Source: Mobula hypostoma | Taxonomy: Eukaryota | Length of the DNA stretch: 64,000 nucleotides | Direction: 5' to 3' | Assembly: GCF_963921235.1 (NCBI RefSeq) | Contig: NC_086124.1 | Span: 1,488,001 to 1,552,000, forward strand | Shown here: positions 1-12,995 of the stretch, piece after piece | Layout: each line of letters opens with the position of its first letter | How positions within the stretch are numbered: the first letter of the stretch is position 1 | Position numbers and translations under genes: made by a program | The notes under the pieces: model-generated | Seen by the model: the letters and a program-made list of their open reading frames with translations, nothing else | What the model was told of the DNA's origin: nothing | Database searches by the model: none

Positions 1-290
1 ATAGTAATTTAATATTCTACAAATTCCCCCTCTTGGGATCCAGCACCAACCTGATTTTTCCAATCTACTTGCATATTGAAATCCCCATGACTATCATAAC
101 ATTCCCTTTTCTCTCTCCCATTGTAATTTGTAGCCCACATCCTGTTTACTGTTCAAAAGCCTGTATATAACTCCCATCAGGGTCTTATTGCAGTTCCTTA
201 ACTCTGCCCACAAGGATTCTACATCTTCTGATCCCATGTGAGCTCTTTGTCAGAAACAGATTTTATTTTTTTACCTACTGAGCCACCCCA
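1..290 (-). mobile_element. CR1 LINE ORF2 endonuclease-region fragment
   Basis: Similar to 10600-10890, which lies in the APE region of the large CR1. Confidence 0.75.
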
Positions 291-852
291 CAAATAATCA
301 CAAGGACACGTTGCTCTGCTGTTCAACAAAATGTGATGGGAGCCGACAAATAAACTGGTACAAAACAACACAATTTATTCTCTTAAGAGTAAAGTTAATG
401 AGGATAAGGAGCAGATCAGAAGTTAATATCCACACGTTGTTGCTGAGTGACAATAACTCAAATCTAATCTGCTCACCAAAGCTCAGTTTGGGCTTCACCA
501 GGACTGTTAACTTCCAGAGCTGATCGTTGCCCAAAGAGCTGTTCCAGAGGAGAGGTGAGAGTGATAGCCTGATTATCGAGGCAGCGTTTGACTAAGTTGG
601 CATCTGGTCAAACTGGGGTCATGGGGTATCAAACACTTTAGTGGTTAGAGTCAGAGCCTGCATGAAGAAAGATGGTTCTAGTTGTGGATGAGTCACCCAA
701 GTCAAAAACATCTCAACGCAGGATGTTACCCAACCCGAAGGACACAGGAGACAGAAGCAGGAACAAGCCCTTTGCACAAGCCCTGCCACTTAATAAAATT
801 ATTTCCAATCTTACAGCTTACCAACAGTATCCTTATGTCGTTAAAACATTTG

Positions 853-985
853 CAGTCCTGATGAAAGATCTCAGACTGAAACATCGACTATTTATTCTCT
901 TCTATAGGTGCTGCCTGACCTGCAGTGTTCCTCCAGCATTTTGTGTGTGTTGCCATGGATTTCCAGCATCTGTAGAACCTCTTGT
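853..985 (+). mobile_element. Penelope pLTR-derived short repeat with a degenerate hammerhead motif
   Basis: cagtcCTGATGA...GAAAcatcgact followed by the gctgcctgacctg...cctccagcattttgtgtg tail shared with the Penelope element end at 24618-24700. Confidence 0.7.
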
Positions 986-2477
986 GCGTATGCAGTGATC
1001 ACTTGTTGTGGCTGTACTGAATGAGAGATTCAACACTGTTTGTGAAGAGGGACTTGTGAGAGGGACACTCAAGATCAGAGGCCCTGTCAATTTCAATTAA
1101 ATGTGAGCTACTGAGGAGTTGATAACTTTATCACAAAGTGTATATGTTTTACTTCAGCACAGACTAGATGGACTGAAGGGCCTGTTTCTGTAGTGTACCA
1201 TCATCCTCCTTGTGCCTAGGATCTGAATCATCCTCAGTTCAGTAAAATCTACAGAGATTTAACAACTTTGTATTACAGATTTACTATCAGCTATTATTAT
1301 GAAAAACCACAGAATTTAAGTCTGGATTACTGAGACACACACTCAACGTATTAGGAACAACGTCTTCCCCTCTGCCATCAGATTTCTGAACAGTTCATAA
1401 ACCCATGAACACTGCCTCATATTTTGCTCTTTTTTTGCATTACTTGTTTTTTATTGTTGCTTACAGCATTTTTAATGTATTACACTGTACGGTTAACGTA
1501 AAACAAATTTCACGACATACATCAGTGACAATAAGCCTGATTCTGGTTCTACAGTAATAATACATGGACCTTCAAAAATTAGAGGGCTATGGGTAACCCT
1601 GGTAATTTCTAAGGTAAGGACATATTCAGCACAGCTTTGGGGCTGAAAGGCCTGTATGTGCTGTAGGTTTTCTGTGTTTCTATGTAAATATCATTGCTTA
1701 AAACAGAGCTAGAAATAGAAATTAAATTCAGTGGTAGATGAGAATCCCTTTGATTTATATGTATCATTCGGGGGCTGAGCCGGTACCACCAGTATGACAT
1801 TTCAACAAGTTTCCATTTAATATCTGCTAATCATTACATGTTATAGCTCATCTTTGAAGCTAATTACTTCAGTGTTAATCTTTACTTTGTGGAACAACGT
1901 CTATTGTCTTGAAGAGAACTCAGTTACAACCAATAGAATGTTAAATTCAATCAGTAGTTGATTCTAGCTGGGGTAATTGCTGACTTTTTATGTGTACATC
2001 CGATGGAAAGAACATATGAAGGATGTTGTAAAACATTACAACAGAGCACAGGTCCTTTGTCCCACAATGTTATACCGGCCTTACAACCAAATCCAGGATC
2101 AGTCTAACCCCTCCCTCCAACATAGCTCTCCACTTGTCCTCCATCCATGTGTCTATTGAAGAGTCTCGTAAATGCCCCGAATGCATCTGGCTGAACTGTC
2201 ACCCCTAGCAGTGCGTTGCATGCATCCACCATTCTCTATGTAAAAAACGTACTCCGACGTTCCCCCATCACCTTAAAAAGTTGTCCACATGTTTTGTCCA
2301 TTGCAACCCTGGAAAAAAGTTTCTGGCTGACCACTTTATCGACTCCTATCATCATCTACACCTCTAACAAGTCGACTCTCATTCTTTCAACTTGTAAGAT
2401 GTTGTGTCCATTGATTAAGGTGATCGAGTTTTTAAAATCTTATTCGACTCATTTGTTAGGTGCTTTATCAAAAGGTG

Positions 2478-2836
2478 TCGATGATTGCGGTCTTTCCATA
2501 ACCATGATTGTTCTCGGCAAATTTTTCTGCAGAAGTGGTTTGCCATTGCCTTCTTCTGGGCAGTGTCTTTACAAGATGGGTGACCCCAGCCATTATCAAT
2601 ACTGTTCAGAGATTGTCTGCCTGGTGTCAGGAGTCACATAACCAGCACTTGTGACATGCACCAGCTGCTCGTACGACCATCCACCAGCTGCTCCCATGGC
2701 TTCACATGACCCTGATTTGGTGGGGGGGGAGGTGCTAAGCAGGTGCTACACCTTGCCCAAGGGTGACCTGCAGGCTAGTGGAGGGAAGGTGCGCCTTACA
2801 CCTCCTATGATAGAGACCAATCTCTGCCCAGTGCCC
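2478..2836 (-). mobile_element. RTE-related non-autonomous element (family A, copy 1)
   Basis: Same sequence at 13925, 16820 and 53820; carries gaaggcaatggcaaaccacttctg, resembling the BovA/RTE motif. Confidence 0.7.
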
Positions 2837-3309
2837 ATCTTGTTAGACTGGCTCAGTCATATCATTATAATTACAGTTTTGGAACGGGGTGAGGTGAGGA
2901 GGGGAGAGGTCTATCATTTGTACATGTAGCAACCTCTTGTGTTTTGTATTGTTGATACCCCTGTAGCTCACATAAAGAGGTTGAACCAAGCTAATGTGAC
3001 CAGTTCTAGAGAATGCCAATGTTAATATGGTCCAACTCCAGTCAGTAAAATATCTCAATCTTAAAAAATACCAGGCTGCATTTTGAGGAGCAATCTAGGC
3101 TCTTCAAATTGCAGAGATGGGTACAGTCCCATTTGTCAACAATACGGAGAAAATATCGACATAAAAGCTAGCATCAGATGAAAAATAGAGGGTTACGGGT
3201 TAGTGTGGGTTTAGTACTTTTTTTTAAAGGAATATATGGGTCGGCACAACATTGAGGGCTGAAGGACCTGTACTGTGCTGTAGTATTCTAGTGTCTAGTG
3301 TCTAGTTTC

Positions 3310-3870
3310 TAGTGTCCTCGGTCCTTCACATCTGCTCCAGCAGCTAGGAGGACCTTGGGGTCTAATGCATTAGTTCTCTGGAAGGGAAGATATGAGTGGA
3401 TATGGTGGTAAAGAAGATGTACAGATTGCTTGCCTTTGTTGATCAGGGCATTGAATAGAAGAGTTAGTGAAAACTTTGTTTAGGCCACACGTAGAGTATT
3501 GTGTGCAGCTGTTGTCATTTCATTACAGGAAGGACATGGAGGCTTAGGAGAGGGTGCAGAAGAGAATTACCAGGATGTTGCCTGGATTAGAGAGTATTAG
3601 CTTTAAGGAGAGGATGGAGAAGCCTGGATTGTTTTCTCTGGAGCGTGAGAGACTGAGCAGAGATCTGTTTGTGGTTTATAAGATATTGAGAGGCCTAGAT
3701 AAAACTGATAGTCAGTGTCTTTTTTCTAGCGTGGATATGTCAAATACTAGAGGAACATTTAAAGGAGATTCACTAAGAAGTTTTCTCATACATGGTTGTG
3801 GTGCTTGGAACAGGTCACCGGGGTAGCAGTGGATGCAGATACGATAGTTGTGTTTGTGAAGCACTGAGGC
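3310..3870 (+). mobile_element. CR1 LINE 3' fragment
   Basis: Remnant of RPHVEYCVQ...TRMLPGLE...LFSLERERLSRDL. Confidence 0.85.
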
Positions 3871-4849
3871 ACAAGGACACCATTTGCGTCGATGTTACTT
3901 GTACCTAACCCTGGTTGACTGGAACAGGCTTTAAATGTGTAACATCCAGGTTGCCAGCAAGTGAGGCAGCGTCTGAGAGCGGAATAAACAGTCGACAGAT
4001 GTGGTGCTTGTGAATGCAAACTCTGTACACATGACAGATAAACTTGAATCCTGAATCTTGACATTTTGTGTTTAGTCCATTCATTAGAACTTTAAATGTG
4101 TTATGTTTCTGAACATTGTCTGGGTGTGTGTTAGGCTTCATTCGAGGATCTGGCCTGAAACGTTGACTGTTTATTTCCATAGATGCTGCCTGGCCTGCTG
4201 AGTTCCTCCAGCATTTTGAGTGTGTTACCTGGGATCCTTCTGGCTCTCATGAAAGAAATTCTTTGCTGCCGACTTGAAATGAGTGAGTCAAAACAAAAGC
4301 TGACAGCTGAATTTTTGCTGTTGGTTAAATATGGCACTTTGGTAAGAAATTGACAAAAAGAAGCCAATGTGATTAAATCAAATGTTAATAAAAGTATAAC
4401 ATTCCAAGATAATGTCTAATGTAGAAGCAAGTATGGATGATCTCAAACCACTTTCTGCTTTGATCTTTAACTCAAAACGAGATAAATTCAACAAGTCTAC
4501 ATTTGGAAATACTGTGGGCTGAGAAGGATTGAGCATTTAAAACTTGTCAGAGGACATTTTGAGAAATCATTACTCACTTTAAGCAAAGCCAGGAGAGCTT
4601 CTGATCTCACTATCCACTGAGGAAACCCTTTGGTTTCAGTATCAGAATGACTGGACATGACATATTCTAGAACCAATGCTAAATCAATTTCTGATATTCC
4701 GATCACCGCTGCCGTGCAATAAAATTGCCCCTGGCATTCAGCGTGGTTAACAAATGTCCGGAATCTATAGAATGTGCAAAGATATGTTTCAAAACTGCCC
4801 AACTTCTTTCTAAATCAAACTAACCTTTTCTTTCTAAACTATCTAGATA

Positions 4850-5085
4850 CAGCACAGCTGTCTGAGCCGTGCCACTCAGCAATCCCCCGATTTAACACTC
4901 GCCTAATCATGGGACAATTTACAATGACCAACCGGTACATCTTAGGGCTGTGGGAGGAAACCAGAGCACCCGGAGGAAACTCACGCAGTCAAGGGGAGAA
5001 CGTACAAACTCCTTACAGGCAGCGCTGGGGATTGAACCCTGGTTGTTGGTACTGTGAAGGCTTGTGCTAACCACGACACTATCGT
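4850..5085 (-). mobile_element. V-SINE (HE1-like)
   Basis: V-domain gagtttgtacgttctccccttgactgcgtgagtttcctccgggtgctctggtttcctcccacag on the minus strand. Confidence 0.8.
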
Positions 5086-5479
5086 TTTATTCAAATATTT
5101 AACGTGGAGGTTGCTAGGATCTTGATTAGTAAGGGTGTCAAAGGTTATGGGGAGAAAGGGTTTGAGAGAGATAATAAATCTGCCATGATGGAATGGTGGA
5201 GCAGACTTGATGGTTTGAATGGGCTAATACTGCTCCTATCTTATGGTCTAATTTGATTTCCATAATGTGGGCAACCTTGCTCAGTCTAAATAAAAACTAC
5301 GAGCTGAGATACCATAGATGCAGTCTACAGTTTTCAGTGATTAAGCAAAAATTCTATCTTTAGAATGTTTCAACTGTTGTGGAACATTTTCCAATTAACA
5401 TAAGGATTAATAATGACCTTGCAGCTTATTGTTGACCTGAACTTCACTTCCTCTTAAGGTATAGGGTGTGTTGACCTTA

Positions 5480-6050
5480 AAGTGTAGGGTGCGTTGGCCT
5501 TCATTAGTTCGGGTATTGAGTTCAAGAGCCACAGAGTGATGTTGCAGCTCTATGAAACCCTGGTCAGATCACACTTGGAGTACTGTGTCCAGTTCTGGTC
5601 ACTTCATTATAGGAAGGACGTGGAAGCTTTAGAGAGGGTGCAGAGATTTACCAGGATTCTGCCTCGGTTGGAGGGACTGTCTTATGAGGATAGGTTGAAC
5701 GAGCTAGGGCTTTTCTCTTTGGCGTGGAGGAGCATGAGAGGTGACTTGACAGAGGTGTACAAGATGATGAAGGCAGAGACAGAGTGGACAGACAGAGCAG
5801 AGTAGAGCAGAAATGGCCAATATGACAGGTCACAATTTTAAGATCATAAAACATAGGGAGCAGAATTAGGCCATGGAGGAAAGTATAGGGGGCATGTCAG
5901 AGACAGGTGTTTCACACAGAGAGTGGTGGGTGTGTGGAACAGCCTGCCAGAGGTGGTAGTGGCAGATACACTAGGGACATTAAGAAACTCAGGCAGATGG
6001 ATGAAAGAAAAATGGAGGGCTATGTGAAAAGGAAGGATTAGATTGATATT
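5480..6050 (+). mobile_element. CR1 LINE 3' fragment
   Basis: LVRSHLEYCVQFWSLHYRKDVEALERVQR. Confidence 0.85.
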
Positions 6051-6326
6051 GGCAGCAAAGTAGCGTAGTGGTTAACATAACGCTTTACAGTTCCAGTGAC
6101 CTGAGTTCAATTGCCGACATTGCCCGTAGGGAGTTTGTACGTTCTCCCCGTGACCACGTGGCTTTCCTCCGGGTGCTCCGGTTTCCTCCCACAGTCCAAA
6201 GATGGTAGTTAATTGGTTATTGTAAATAGTCCTGTGATTAGGCTAGGGTTAAATTGGAGGGTTGCTAGGCAATGCACTCGCAGGGCCGGGAGGGCCTATT
6301 CTGTGCTGTATCTCAATAAATAAATA
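6051..6326 (+). mobile_element. V-SINE (tRNA head + V-domain)
   Basis: A-box tagcgtagtgg, B-box gagttcaatt, V-domain, (AAAT)n tail. Confidence 0.8.
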
Positions 6327-7402
6327 ACGCTGGCAGAGCAGTGTGGGCTGAAGGGCCTGTAGTGTGAAGTATTTATTTATGCTCTGTGTTCTGCATTGTA
6401 CTACCACAACACACTGTATAAGGATCTGATCTGTATGAATAGTACTCAAGACACACTTTTCCTGGAGCCTTGATACAGGAGATGACACTAGAACAATTCC
6501 AATCTCTTTCATAACTGAAGAATTCCACCCCTGCTCCATTTGGATTTGAAAAACGATCTGTGTCCACATCTTGGTGCCTATAAATGCTTTGATTTCTATC
6601 AGCTGGACATTCTTTGCACTCATTCATTCATTATGTGCCGTGTCCGGGCATGGCTACCTCCTGACACACAACCCCAGCGGTTTCCTTCTGCTGAGGGGTC
6701 TTGGCCTGAACGTTGACTGTTGCCTAATTCTGCTCTCATGTCTTCTGGTGTTATGGTCTAAAACCCTGCTGGCATTGGAAAGGATGCATAACACCATAAG
6801 ATATAGGAGCGGAATGAGGCCATTCGGCCCATCGTGTCTGCTCTGCTACTTCATCACGGCTGATCCATTTTTCTTCTCAGCCCCCAATCTCCTGCCTTCT
6901 CCCCATATCCCTTCATGCTCTGATCAATCAACTATCTATCAACTTCTGCCTTAAATATATATAAAGACTTGGCTTCCACAGCTGCCTGTGGCAACAAATT
7001 CCACAGATTAACAAATCTCTACCTAAAGAAGTTCCTCCTCATTTCCCTTCTAAAAGGACACTCCTCTACTCTGAGGCTGTGTCCTCTGGTCTTAGACTCT
7101 CCCACCACAGGAAACATCCTCTCCACATCCATCCTGTCAAGGCCTTTCACTACTCGATAGATCTCTATGAGGTCACCACTCATTCTTCTGAATTCCAGTG
7201 AATAAAGGCCCAGATCCTCGAACGCTCTTCATATGATAAGCTGTTCAAACCTGAAATCATTTTTGTGAACCACCTTTAAACCCTCTCCAGTGTCAGCACA
7301 TCCTTTCTATGAAAAGGGGCCCTAAACTGCTCACAATATTCCAAGTCAGACCTCACCAGGGCTTTATAAAGTCCTAACATTACATCCTTGCTTTTATATC
7401 CT

Positions 7403-8121
7403 TTTTTTTTGTAATTTATTTTTATTGTTCATCATCAAACAAACATTTCCATAAATGTATTTCAGATACTGTACATATATATCATATAATCATATTTGTC
7501 ACAAATCCCCACGTAATATTTATCTGAGGTATACACTTATAGAAAGGAGAGGAAAGAAAGAACAATCGAAAGAAGAAAATTATGTACAAAGTAGGGAGTG
7601 ATTTTTTTTACAACATATTCATTGACTTGTGAGAATAAAATCAGGCCTATAAGGTGTTATGTAGTTAAACCTTTTCTCCCAGTATGAATCAAATCGTTCC
7701 AACTTATGATTAACAGATGCTATTATCTTCTCCATTTTGTAAATGTCCATTGTAATTTCTATCCATACATTTAAAGTCTCCTGTGATAACCATTTCTTGG
7801 TAAGGGTCACAGAAATGGAGGGAGTTTGGGTGGAAAAACTTGATAAGATGTTTTATTACACCCTCTCAGAAATCCCATTATGATAGTAACCCCACTGTTT
7901 GCTGGAGAAATTGTGGAAATCAAAATGCAAACCATTATCATATTTTCTGGGAATGCCCGGTTATCAAAGACTATTGGAGTGGGATACATAATGTCCTATG
8001 AGACATCTTTAAATGTGAAATACCCTTAGAGAGTAAGACCATATTTTTTGGGTATATACCTCAAGAATGGTTGAAAAGAGACAAATATTTAATGAATATA
8101 CAGCTGGTGGCTGGTAAAAAG
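7403..8121 (-). mobile_element. 5'-truncated L1-clade LINE with a 5' inversion
   Basis: Poly(A) and AATAAA on the minus strand at 7402-7427. Minus-strand TLTKKWLSQE...ERFDSYWEK; plus-strand CWRNCG...HYHIFWECPVIKDYW zinc knuckle. TSD atccttgcttttatat at 7384-7399 and 8122-8137. Confidence 0.85.
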
Positions 8122-8140
8122 ATCCTTGCTTTTATATTCT

Positions 8141-8790
8141 ATCAGAATCAGAATCAGGTTTATTATCACTGGCATGTGACATGAAATTTGTCAACTTAGC
8201 AGCAGCAGTTCAGTGCAATACATAATATAGAAGAAAAAAATAAAATAAAAATAATAATAATAAATAAATAAATAAATCAATTATAGTGCACATATATTGA
8301 ATAGATTAAAAATCGTGCAAAAACAGAAATACTGTATATTAAAAATGTGAGGTAGTGTCCAAGGGTTCAACGTCCATTAGGAATCGGATGGCAGAGGGGA
8401 AGAAGCTGTTCCTGAATCGCTGAGTGTGTGCCTTCAGGCTTCTGTATCTCCTTCCTGATGGTAACAGTGAGAAAAGGGCATGCCCTGGGTGCTGGAGGTC
8501 CTTAATAATGGACACTGCCTTCCTGAGAGATGTCCTGGGTACTTTGAAGGCTAGTACCCAAGAAGGAACCAACTGAATTTACAACCCTCTGCAACTTCTT
8601 TTGTTCCTGTGCAGTAGCCACCCACCCCCAACACTAGACAGTGATGCAGCCTGCCAGAATGTTCTCCACAGTACATCTATAGAAGTTTTTGAGTTTATTT
8701 GGTGAAATGCCAAATCTCTTCAAACTCCTAATGAAGTATAGCCGCTGCCTTGTCTTCTTTATAACTACATCGATATGTTGGGAGCCTTCT
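8141..8790 (-). mobile_element. Rex1/Babar LINE 3' fragment
   Basis: HPGHALFSLLPSGRRYRSL...FRNSFFPSAIRFL; (TTCTGA)n tail. Confidence 0.85.
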
Positions 8791-11114
8791 AACATCATAG
8801 AAACATAAAAAAAACCTGCAGCACAATCCAGGCCCTTCGGTCCACAAAGCTGTGCCAAAGATGTCCCTACCTCAGAACTACCTAGCCTTTACACATAGCC
8901 CTCTATTTTTCTAAGCTCCATGTAGCCATCCAGGAGTCTTTTAAAAGACCCTATCGTTCCCACCTCCACCACCGCCACTGGCAGCTCATTCCACGCACAT
9001 TGTATTTGCAAACATGCAAACATTGTATTTGCCTTCCTCACCACAGATTCAACCTGCAAATTAACCTTTAGGGAATCCTGCACAAGGATTCAAGTCCCTC
9101 TATGCCTCAGTTTTTTTGTGTTTTCTCTCCACTTAGCCTTTCTACTTCCTCAAAACTATCTGCCCCTCCACCTATCTTTGTATCATCTGCAAACTTTGCA
9201 ATAAACCCATCAATACCATCATCCAAATCATTAATATATAACATAAAAAGAATCAGTCCCAACACAGACCCTTGTGGAACACTTGTCACCAGCGGCCATA
9301 CAGAAAAGCCTCCCTTTATTCCCACTCGTTGCGTGCACTGCTATATCCATGCTAGAATCTTCCCTGTAATACCATGGGCTCATAGCTTGTTAAGCAGCCT
9401 CAGGTGTGGCACCTTGTCAAAGGCCTTCTGAAAATCCAAATATACAACATCAACCAATTCTCCTGCTTGTTATTTCTTCAAAGAATTCCAACAGATTTGT
9501 CAGGGAACGGTGCTGACTAGGGCCTATTTTATCATGGGCCTCCAAGTACCCCAAAATCACATCCTTAACAATCAGCTCCAACATCTTCCCAACCAGTGAG
9601 GTCAGACTAACTGGCCTATAATTTTCCTTCTTCTGCCTCCCTCCCTTCTTGATGAGTAGAGTGACATTCGCAATTTTCCATTCTTCCGGAACCATTCCAG
9701 AATCTAGTGATTCTTGAAAGATCATTACTAAAGCCTCCACAATCTCTTCAGCCACCTCTTTTAGAACCTTGGGGTGTCGACTATCTGATCCACGTGATTT
9801 ATCTAACTTCAGTTTCCCAAGCACCTTCTCTCTAGTTATGGTAACTTCACACACTTCATGCCCCCTGACACCTGGAACTTCCACCATACTACTAGTGTCT
9901 CCCACAGAGAAGATTGATGCAAAATACTTATTCAGTTTGTCCACCATTACTACTTCCTCAGCATTGTTTTCTAGCAGTCTGATATCCACTCTCACCTCTC
10001 TTTTACACTTTGTGCATCTGAAGAAACTTTTGGTATCCTCTTTAATATTATTAGCTAGCTTACTTTCATATTCCATCTTTACCTTGTTAATGACTTTTTT
10101 AGTTGTCTTTTGTTGATATTTCAAAGTTTCCTAATCCTCTAAATTCCCACTAATTTTTGCTCTATTATATGCCCTCTCTTTGGCTTTTATGTTGGCTTTG
10201 ACTTCTCTTGTTAGCCATGGTTGTGTCATCTTGCCTTTAGAATATGTCTTCCTCTTTGGGATGTATAAATCCTGTGCCTTCCAAATTGCTTCCAGAAATT
10301 TCAGCTATTGCTGCTCTGCCGTCATCCCTGCCAGTGTTCTTTTCCAATTATTTCGGGCCAACTCCTCTGTCCTACCTCTGTAATTCCTTTTACTCTACTG
10401 TAATACTGATACATCTGATTTAGCTTCTCCTCAAATGTCAGGGTGAATTCGGTCAATTGTGATCAGTTGCCCTGAAGGCTTCTTTTACCTTAAGCACTCT
10501 AATCAATTCTGGTTCATGCATAACACCCAGTCCGGAATAGCTGATCCTCTAGAGGGCTTAACCATGAGCTGGTCTAAAAAGCCATCTTGTACGTATTCTC
10601 AAAAATCCCCCTGTTGGAATCCAGCACTAACCTGATTTTCCTAATCTATCTGCATGTAAAAATCCTTCACAACTGTTGTAACATTGCTCTTTTGGCATGC
10701 AATTTCTATCTCCTGTTGTAATTTGCAGACCACATCCTTACTACTGTTTGGGGATCTATATATAATTTCAGTCAGGGTCTTCTCCATCCTTGTAGTTCCT
10801 TAGCTCCATCCACAATGATTCAACATCTTCTAACCCTATGTCACCTCTTTCTAATGATTTAATTTCATTTTTTACCAACAGAGCAACACCACCCCCTCTG
10901 CCTTCCTGTCCGTCCTTTCGATACAATGTGTATCCTTGGACATTCAGCTCCCAGCTATAATCTTCTTTCAGCCACGACTCTGTGATACCTACAACATCAT
11001 ACCTGCCAATCTGTAACTGTGCTACAACTTCATCTCCCTTATTCCGTATACTGTGCAGATTCAAATACAATACTTTCAGTCCAGTATTCACCCTTTTTGA
11101 TCTTGTTGGCCTTT

Positions 11115-11352
11115 TCTCTGGGTAAGTTTTTTACGCAGAGAGTGGTGAGTGCGTGGAATGGGCTGCCGGCGACGGTGGTGGAGGTGGATACGATAGGGTC
11201 TTTTAAGAGACTCCTGGACAGGTACATGGAGCTGAGAAAAATAAAGGGCTATGGGTAACCCTAGGTAATTTCTAAGGTAAGGATATGTTCAGCACAGCTT
11301 TGTGGGCTGAAGGGTTTGTATTGTGCTGTAGGTTTTCTATGTCTCTATGTCT
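11115..11352 (+). mobile_element. CR1 3' end nested in the large CR1
   Basis: FFTQRVVSAWNGLP followed by a ttctatg tail. Confidence 0.8.
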
Positions 11353-12479
11353 TACATTGCAACTCATCCTGTTGACTGCAATTTTGCTCTGTCATCAGAA
11401 TCTCTTTGTTTGGAGTCTCACTGCACATTGCTTCTGTTTGTAAACCAGCTGCCTCAGCTTCTGCAGTATCATTCCAGTTCCCACTCCCTTGCCAAATTGG
11501 TTTAAACCCACCCAAACAATTCTAGCCAACTTGCCCACAAGGATATTGGACCCCTCCGGTTCAGGTGTAACCCATCCCTTTTGTACAGGTCATACCTTCC
11601 CCAGAAGAGATCCCAATGATCCAGAAATCTGAACCTCTGTCCCCTGCATCAGATCCTCAGCCACTCATTCACCTGCCAAATCATTCTATCCTTGCCCTCA
11701 CTGGCATGAGGCACAGGCAGCAACCCAGAGGTTACTTCCCTGGAGGTCCTGTTTCTCATCTTTCTACCTAGTGCCCTAAAATCTCTCTTCAGAAGCTCCT
11801 CACCCTGTCTACCTATGTCATTGGTGCCAACATGCACCAGGATGTCTGACCGCTCACCCTTGCTCTTTAGAGTGCCTTGGACCCAATCCCTGATCCTGGC
11901 ACCAGGGAGGTAACATACCATCCGGATGTCTCTAACAGGCCCACAGAGCTTCACCTCTGTCTCTCTGACAAAGGTATCTTCTATCAACACTGTTCCCCTC
12001 TCTGCTCTTCTGACCTGGTCACGGTGGCTCACCCCCGGTAGGTCATCCCCCTCAATAGTGTCTAAGGTTGAATACTTATTATTGAGGGGAACAGCCACAG
12101 GTTGCGTATTTGGCCTCCTGTCTCCTGCATCCTAGGGATGACTACCTCCCTACAGCACCTGTCTATCACCTCCTCATTCTCCCGGATGTGTCAAAGGTCA
12201 TGGAGCTGTAGCTACAGCTCCTTGATACGTTCTCTCAGGAGCTGCGACTCGGTGCACCTGGTTCAGAGTTGTTTATCTGGGAGGTGGGACGTCCCACACA
12301 CGGTACAGACTCTGCCCCTGGAGCCATTTTCACTAATAGGTGAGGACTGGACAAATAAAGATAGAGAGAAGGTAACTTACAAGACAATGTACTTCACCCA
12401 TACCCAGCCTGGTGAGCCAAAGCCACCCTAGACACCAGCACGCTCCAAATGAATGGCCGCACCAGTGGCCACTTGGGTC

Positions 12480-12995
12480 CAAAGGAGATTCACAAGACCG
12501 ATTCTGGGATGGCAGGTCTTTCATATGAAGAAAGACTGGATGAACTGGGCTTGTACTCGTTGGAATTTAGAAGATTGAGGGGGGATCTGATTGAAACGTA
12601 TAAGATCCTAAAGGGATTGGACAGGCTAGATGCAGGAAGATTGTTCCCGATGTTGGGGAGGTCTAGAACGAGGGGTCACAGTTTGAGGATAGAGGGGAAG
12701 CCTTTTAGAACAGAGATGAGGAGGAATTTCTTTAGCCAGAGGGTAGTAAATCATTGCGATGGATGGAGGCTTAGTCATTCCATGTATTTAAGGTAGAGCT
12801 TGGTAAAGGTGTACAAAATTAGATAAGGTAAATGCAAGCAGGCTTAGGAAGTTAGATATGGCCCTTGTGGCTACAGGGGTCAGGGGGTATGGAGGGAAGG
12901 CTGGGTTCTGAGTTGGATGATCAGCCATGATCATAATAAATGGCGGTGCAGGCTCGAAGGGCCGAATGGCCTAATTCCGCTCCGATGTCTTATGC
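12480..12995 (+). mobile_element. CR1 LINE 3' fragment
   Basis: GLSYEERLDELGLYSLEFRRLRGDLIETYKI. Confidence 0.85.

Larger units (their letters stand above)
6790..12400 (-). mobile_element. Near full-length decayed CR1 (HER1-like) LINE with nested insertions
   Basis: ORF1 SGNH esterase (11649-12098, CYLPGARIRD, HVGTND), APE endonuclease (10768-11091), RT (9450-10124 NYRPVSLTS; 9107-9325 VPQGSVLG, FADDTK), 3' UTR near 6790. Confidence 0.85.

Noticed and set aside
4497-4802. Minus-strand ORF with a strong-looking GTGAGT donor near 4575
   Set aside because: No recognisable protein similarity and a weak acceptor
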